Assembly (NCBI GenBank): GCA_021513715.1
Contig: CP084167.1
Coordinates: 1,504,001 to 1,568,000, forward strand
DNA length: 64,000 nucleotides
Reading direction: 5' to 3'
Source of the DNA: Candidatus Heimdallarchaeum endolithica
Lineage (GTDB): Archaea > Asgardarchaeota > Heimdallarchaeia > Heimdallarchaeales > Heimdallarchaeaceae
Part shown: piece after piece, positions 59,954-64,000 of the stretch
Layout of the letters: each line of letters begins with the position of its first letter
Position numbering within the stretch: position 1 is the stretch's first letter
Translations under genes and position numbers: made by a program
Notes under the pieces: generated by a model
Databases searched by the model: none
The model's input: the letters and a program-made list of their open reading frames with translations, nothing else
What the model was told of the DNA's origin: nothing

Positions 59954-61657
59954 GTGAAAAAGATGGTCACTATAAAAGCAAGTTACACAAAAATGTTGAA
60001 AACTCTTGGAAAGAATCTTTCAATAGAAGAATTGGATAGACTACTTTCTTTTGCCAAATCTGAAATAGACGAATATGTAGAAGAAGAAGATATGCTAGTA
60101 ATAGATGTAAAAACAAGTAACCGTCCAGATTTATGGATTCCTGAGGGGATGATAAGAGAGATAAAAGGCATATGGGGAGAAGAAAAAGGTATTCCGAAGT
60201 TAGAGCTAAAAGAAAGCGATTATAAGGTTATTGTAGATCCAAAACTATCTAAATCCAGACCCTTTATTGCTTGTGCCATCGCAAAAAATGTCACACTAAC
60301 AGATTATAATATCAAACAACTAATGCAGTTATCAGAAAAAATAGATCATTCCTATGGAAGAAGAAGAAAAAGATCTTCTATTGGAATGTACAACTTATCC
60401 ATGATAAAAAGCCCTATTCAATATAAAGTAATTGACAAAAATCACAAATTCATTCCTCTTGGTTATACAGAACCACAAGATCTAGAAACAATTTTAGAAA
60501 CTCATGAAAAAGGAAAGGAATTTGGCTACATTGTTAAAAGTTATGGCCATTATCCTATTCTTTTGTCAGCAGATGGATTAACACTTTCTATGCCTCCAAT
60601 TATCAACAGTAATGATGTAGGTAGAGTTACAGAAGAGACAACTGATATGTTAATTGAAGTAACAGGAACTCACCTTTGTACAGTACATGTTGTGTTAAAC
60701 ATTCTATGCCAAACATTAGCAGATTTAGGAGCAGAATTATATAATGTAACAATAGAATACCCAAAAGAGATATTAGATAAAACTATAGTTACCCCTACAA
60801 TAGAATATGAAGAAATCGAAATTAATCTCAAAGAGATAAACAAATATCTAGGAACTAAACTAAAACCGAAAAAGGTGGAAGAGGTATTAAATAAAAGAAG
60901 ATTTGATGTCAAGAAAATAGATAAAGACATGATTACAGTACTTATTCCTCCTTATAGGACAGACATTTTACACTGGGTTGACATTGCTGAAGAAATTGCT
61001 ATTGGTTTAGATTATAACAAAATGGGTCCTACAAAATGGAAAGTTCTTACAACTGGAGGACTTTTACCAGAAACAGAAAGTGAAAACATAGTAAGAGATA
61101 TTCTTGTTGGAACTGGTGCAATAGAAGTAATAACTAACACTTTAACAGATCCTGATATACTAACAATAAAAGTAAACATTGAAGAGGACAATTTTGTTAA
61201 GATTTCAAATCCTGTAAGTAAAAACTATAGTGTTATTAGAAACAGTATTTTTCCCAATTTAATAAATATACTTTCTAAAAACACCCATGAAACATATCCA
61301 CAGGTAATCTTTGAGGTAGGAGAAATTGTTAAGTTAGACAAAGGAAGAACTTGGACACAGACCAACGCAGCCTATATGTTAGCAGACACAGAAACAAGCT
61401 TTGAGGATGCTCATAAGGTTCTAGATCAAATGATGAGATTACTTGAAACTAATTATAATCTAATCGAGACTGAACATCCATCATTTATTAGAGGAAGAAG
61501 CGCAGAAATAGAAATTGAAGGCAAAATATGTGGAATCATAGGAGAGGTTAACCCCGAGGTTTTAGAAAAAAATCAAATATGGATGCCTACAGTAGGTTTC
61601 GAAATAGAACTACCATTAATTCCCTCTTTAGAATGTAAAAAGAAGTATACTTATTGA
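59954..61657 (+). CDS. pheT: Phenylalanine--tRNA ligase beta subunit
   Basis: NRPDL, SMPPIINS, PPYRTDILHWVDIAEE, FEVGE, GEVNPEVL; likely start at ATG 59963. Confidence 0.96.
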   Translation: MKKMVTIKASYTKMLKTLGKNLSIEELDRLLSFAKSEIDEYVEEEDMLVIDVKTSNRPDLWIPEGMIREIKGIWGEEKGIPKLELKESDYKVIVDPKLSKSRPFIACAIAKNVTLTDYNIKQLMQLSEKIDHSYGRRRKRSSIGMYNLSMIKSPIQYKVIDKNHKFIPLGYTEPQDLETILETHEKGKEFGYIVKSYGHYPILLSADGLTLSMPPIINSNDVGRVTEETTDMLIEVTGTHLCTVHVVLNILCQTLADLGAELYNVTIEYPKEILDKTIVTPTIEYEEIEINLKEINKYLGTKLKPKKVEEVLNKRRFDVKKIDKDMITVLIPPYRTDILHWVDIAEEIAIGLDYNKMGPTKWKVLTTGGLLPETESENIVRDILVGTGAIEVITNTLTDPDILTIKVNIEEDNFVKISNPVSKNYSVIRNSIFPNLINILSKNTHETYPQVIFEVGEIVKLDKGRTWTQTNAAYMLADTETSFEDAHKVLDQMMRLLETNYNLIETEHPSFIRGRSAEIEIEGKICGIIGEVNPEVLEKNQIWMPTVGFEIELPLIPSLECKKKYTY

Positions 61658-62589
61658 TTAAGTTCTTTTTCTTTCTTTTTATTTTCGTTTTTTATAATTA
61701 CTAGAATACGTTCCCATATAGCATCTAATAATGAGTAGATAACTCTTTGTTGATCTTGTGTTTCAATAATAGGTATTTTATGTCGATTTGCTTCTTCAAC
61801 AAGATATCTCTGAATAGTTCGTATTTCCTCAAAAGCATTAATATAACGCTCTGCATTTCTTTCTACCACTTTTAACCCTCTTCTCTTAAATCGTTCAAGA
61901 TGTTCATGTTCATCTTTTAAGTGTAGAAGAAAAAGCATTACATGTTGTTGACTTATCGTTTCTGTTTTAAACAAGTTAGGAGATAAATGGACACCTTCGA
62001 TAATTGTGTTTTCTCTAGAGTACATAGCTGATTCAATAATAGCTTCAACACCTACAATCACTAATCTACTTTGTTCTTCAAATCCTACAATACTTCTATC
62101 TAAAATCGGATTTATTTCTGACTTTAAATACTTGTAAGCTTCATATGAACTTCCATATAACTCAGGAACTAATTTTTTTGAAATACTCTGCCTTAATATT
62201 TCCCTTATCATATCAGTTCCAATTATATTTGTTATTTCTAGTCTACGTGAGAGTAGTGAAGCGATAGTGCTTTTTCCTATTCCAGGAACTCCAGCTAACA
62301 AAATAATGATTGGCTTGTATACACCCTTTTGTTCAAAAGCGATATATCTCTGTGCATACAAGGGATTAAATTTTTCAAGACTATCTAGGACTATCTGTGA
62401 AAAAGATTCCTGAGAGAGTGTTTTACTTGTCTTACCTACTTGTAATTCTATTTGAGTTGCTAATTCATAAGCATTAATTTCATCTAAACCTATAGCATAA
62501 AAAGTACGAGAAAGAATCCCTTTAGAAAAAATTGTTTTTTTTCCTGATTTTGTCCTAAATTTGATAAAGTTAGATGAAGGTTTACTCAT
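61651..62589 (-). CDS. 2-phosphoglycerate kinase-like P-loop kinase with ATP-cone-like N-terminus
   Basis: FSKGILSR, GVPGIGKST, GTDMIREILR, IIEGVHL. Confidence 0.85.
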   Translation of the reverse strand: MSKPSSNFIKFRTKSGKKTIFSKGILSRTFYAIGLDEINAYELATQIELQVGKTSKTLSQESFSQIVLDSLEKFNPLYAQRYIAFEQKGVYKPIIILLAGVPGIGKSTIASLLSRRLEITNIIGTDMIREILRQSISKKLVPELYGSSYEAYKYLKSEINPILDRSIVGFEEQSRLVIVGVEAIIESAMYSRENTIIEGVHLSPNLFKTETISQQHVMLFLLHLKDEHEHLERFKRRGLKVVERNAERYINAFEEIRTIQRYLVEEANRHKIPIIETQDQQRVIYSLLDAIWERILVIIKNENKKKEKELNQ

Positions 62590-62733
62590 TGAGAAGTTTA
62601 GGTTTTAAAGATATAAAAATTTGGTGTGATTCGAGCCATTATTTTATAATTTCAATTTTGAATCAAAAAAACAAACTGCTTGGATTAGGCTATCAAAACT
62701 TTATTATATAAAAACTATCAATTTTTTCTCAAT

Positions 62734-63624
62734 ATGAACTTTGAATCCCCAATATACGTGAAGAGAGAACAAGCAAGTTACTTATTTAGTAGAGGGATTC
62801 TGGCTACAAGATTAGAAGTTATAGGGCTTAAGTTTCAGCAAGCATATGAGTTATCAAACAAAATCTATCTAAAAATCAAGAAATTACACAAAAATACCAT
62901 ATCAAAGAGTAAACTGGACGAATTTGTCTATAATTCAATTAAACAAGAATACTCTAAAGAGTTAGCAGAAGAATACTTAATGATTGAAAAATTAAGAGAT
63001 ACAAGTATCCCTCTATGGATTGTTATTGCAGGAGCTATTGGAGTAGGAAAAAGTACTTTGTCAAGGAAAATTGCTTCTGATTTTGGAATTAGACATGTAA
63101 TTGGAACAGACATAGTAAGGGACATTCTAAGAAAAACTCTCTCTAAAGATATTGCTCCACAGTTACACACTCCATCATATCTAGCATATAAAACATTGAG
63201 ACCAATTTATAATACACGTTATGATGAAGTGATTATTGGTTACGAAAATCACTCGAAGTATGTTAATATAGGAATTGAAGCTTTACTAAATAGAGCTGCA
63301 ATGGAAAATATTTCTATAATAATTGAAGGAGAGCACTTATTACCTTCTTTTTTTGACAAAGAAACAATAAAAATCTCTAATCTAATTTACATAACTATAT
63401 CTCTAGAAGATGAAAAGGTGCATTTGGAAAATTTAAGTTCACAGTATTCTAGAGAAAAAGATGAGCTAATTAAGCATTTCAAGAATATTCGAAAAATTCA
63501 TGATTTCCTTGTTCATGAAACAAAGATCAGAAAACTACCAGTCATTGAATCTAATGATAAAGAGGCAGTTCTTGCAAATGTTAGGAAATACATAATTGAA
63601 AAAACTAAAAAGGTAATTTTCTGA
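62734..63624 (+). CDS. 2-phosphoglycerate kinase-like P-loop kinase (paralog)
   Basis: FSRGILA, GAIGVGKST, GTDIVRDILR, IIEGEHL. Confidence 0.85.
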   Translation: MNFESPIYVKREQASYLFSRGILATRLEVIGLKFQQAYELSNKIYLKIKKLHKNTISKSKLDEFVYNSIKQEYSKELAEEYLMIEKLRDTSIPLWIVIAGAIGVGKSTLSRKIASDFGIRHVIGTDIVRDILRKTLSKDIAPQLHTPSYLAYKTLRPIYNTRYDEVIIGYENHSKYVNIGIEALLNRAAMENISIIIEGEHLLPSFFDKETIKISNLIYITISLEDEKVHLENLSSQYSREKDELIKHFKNIRKIHDFLVHETKIRKLPVIESNDKEAVLANVRKYIIEKTKKVIF

Positions 63625-63678
63625 ACGGTATACAACATAGTTTCTGAACTAAAATCAAATAGTAAAATAGTGAACCAA

Positions 63679-64000
63679 ATGGTAACAGATCAAGTTTGTT
63701 TAGAATGTATAAAAAGAACAGCAGAAAGAGCAATAAATAAATTAAAAATAAATGAACCTCAAAAGAAAAATATTGTTAAAAATATCAATCTATTATTAGA
63801 GAAAATAGATAAAACATATTCGCCAATCGAGATAAATTTTGAGGTTTTCAGTAAAATAAGTTCTCTTTCAGGGATTTATGATCCATTGAAAGAATTAAAA
63901 GAACAATCTAATCTTAATGCCTATCAACTTTTACCTTATGTTAAAGAAGAAAAGAGAAAATCAAAAGATGTTTTATTTTCACTTATTAAAGCAGCAGTAG
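63679..64000 (+). CDS. DUF89/ARMT1-like damage-control phosphatase (partial, runs off the window)
   Basis: Manual translation MVTDQVCLECIKR...SGIYDPLKELKEQSN...LIKAAV: CxxC and DPxxxxKxxSN pattern. Confidence 0.75.
   Translation, partial: MVTDQVCLECIKRTAERAINKLKINEPQKKNIVKNINLLLEKIDKTYSPIEINFEVFSKISSLSGIYDPLKELKEQSNLNAYQLLPYVKEEKRKSKDVLFSLIKAAV

Noticed and set aside
2090-63170. Many 60-155 aa antisense or alternate-frame ORFs in the track (e.g. 2090..2398, 6469..6852, 20936..21400, 44809..45219, 57232..57621)
   Set aside because: They are shadows of well-supported genes, with Ser/Phe/Ile-rich composition mirroring the coding strand and no motifs.

Overview
AT-rich, gene-dense archaeal chromosomal segment. 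The archaeal-type AlaRS/ArgRS/PheRS, TFB, KEOPS subunits, Tsr3 and 20S proteasome genes, together with eukaryote-signature-like proteins (Arf/Rag-like GTPase, Rpn11-like JAMM protein, roadblock/longin-like domains, SNAP-like helical protein), point to an Asgard archaeon, probably Heimdallarchaeia (inference, no database search run). The window holds about 55 CDSs, two tRNA-Arg genes, the RNase P RNA gene and two complete IS elements with terminal inverted repeats and target duplications. One IS interrupts a roughly 1,950-aa surface-protein gene that also carries two frameshifts and a nonsense codon. Top candidates for new biology: (1) a single-pass receptor-like protein with a cytoplasmic Regnase/Zc3h12a-type NYN ribonuclease; (2) a tail-anchored Rpn11-like JAMM isopeptidase; (3) three clustered paralogs sharing a roadblock/longin-like domain near an HhH-Arf/Rag-roadblock GTPase; (4) an apparently complete bacillithiol pathway (bshA, bshC, bshB-like) with an atypical disulfide reductase; (5) a mirror-symmetric purine/pyrimidine skew inside the IS elements. 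All family calls come from motifs recognised by eye.
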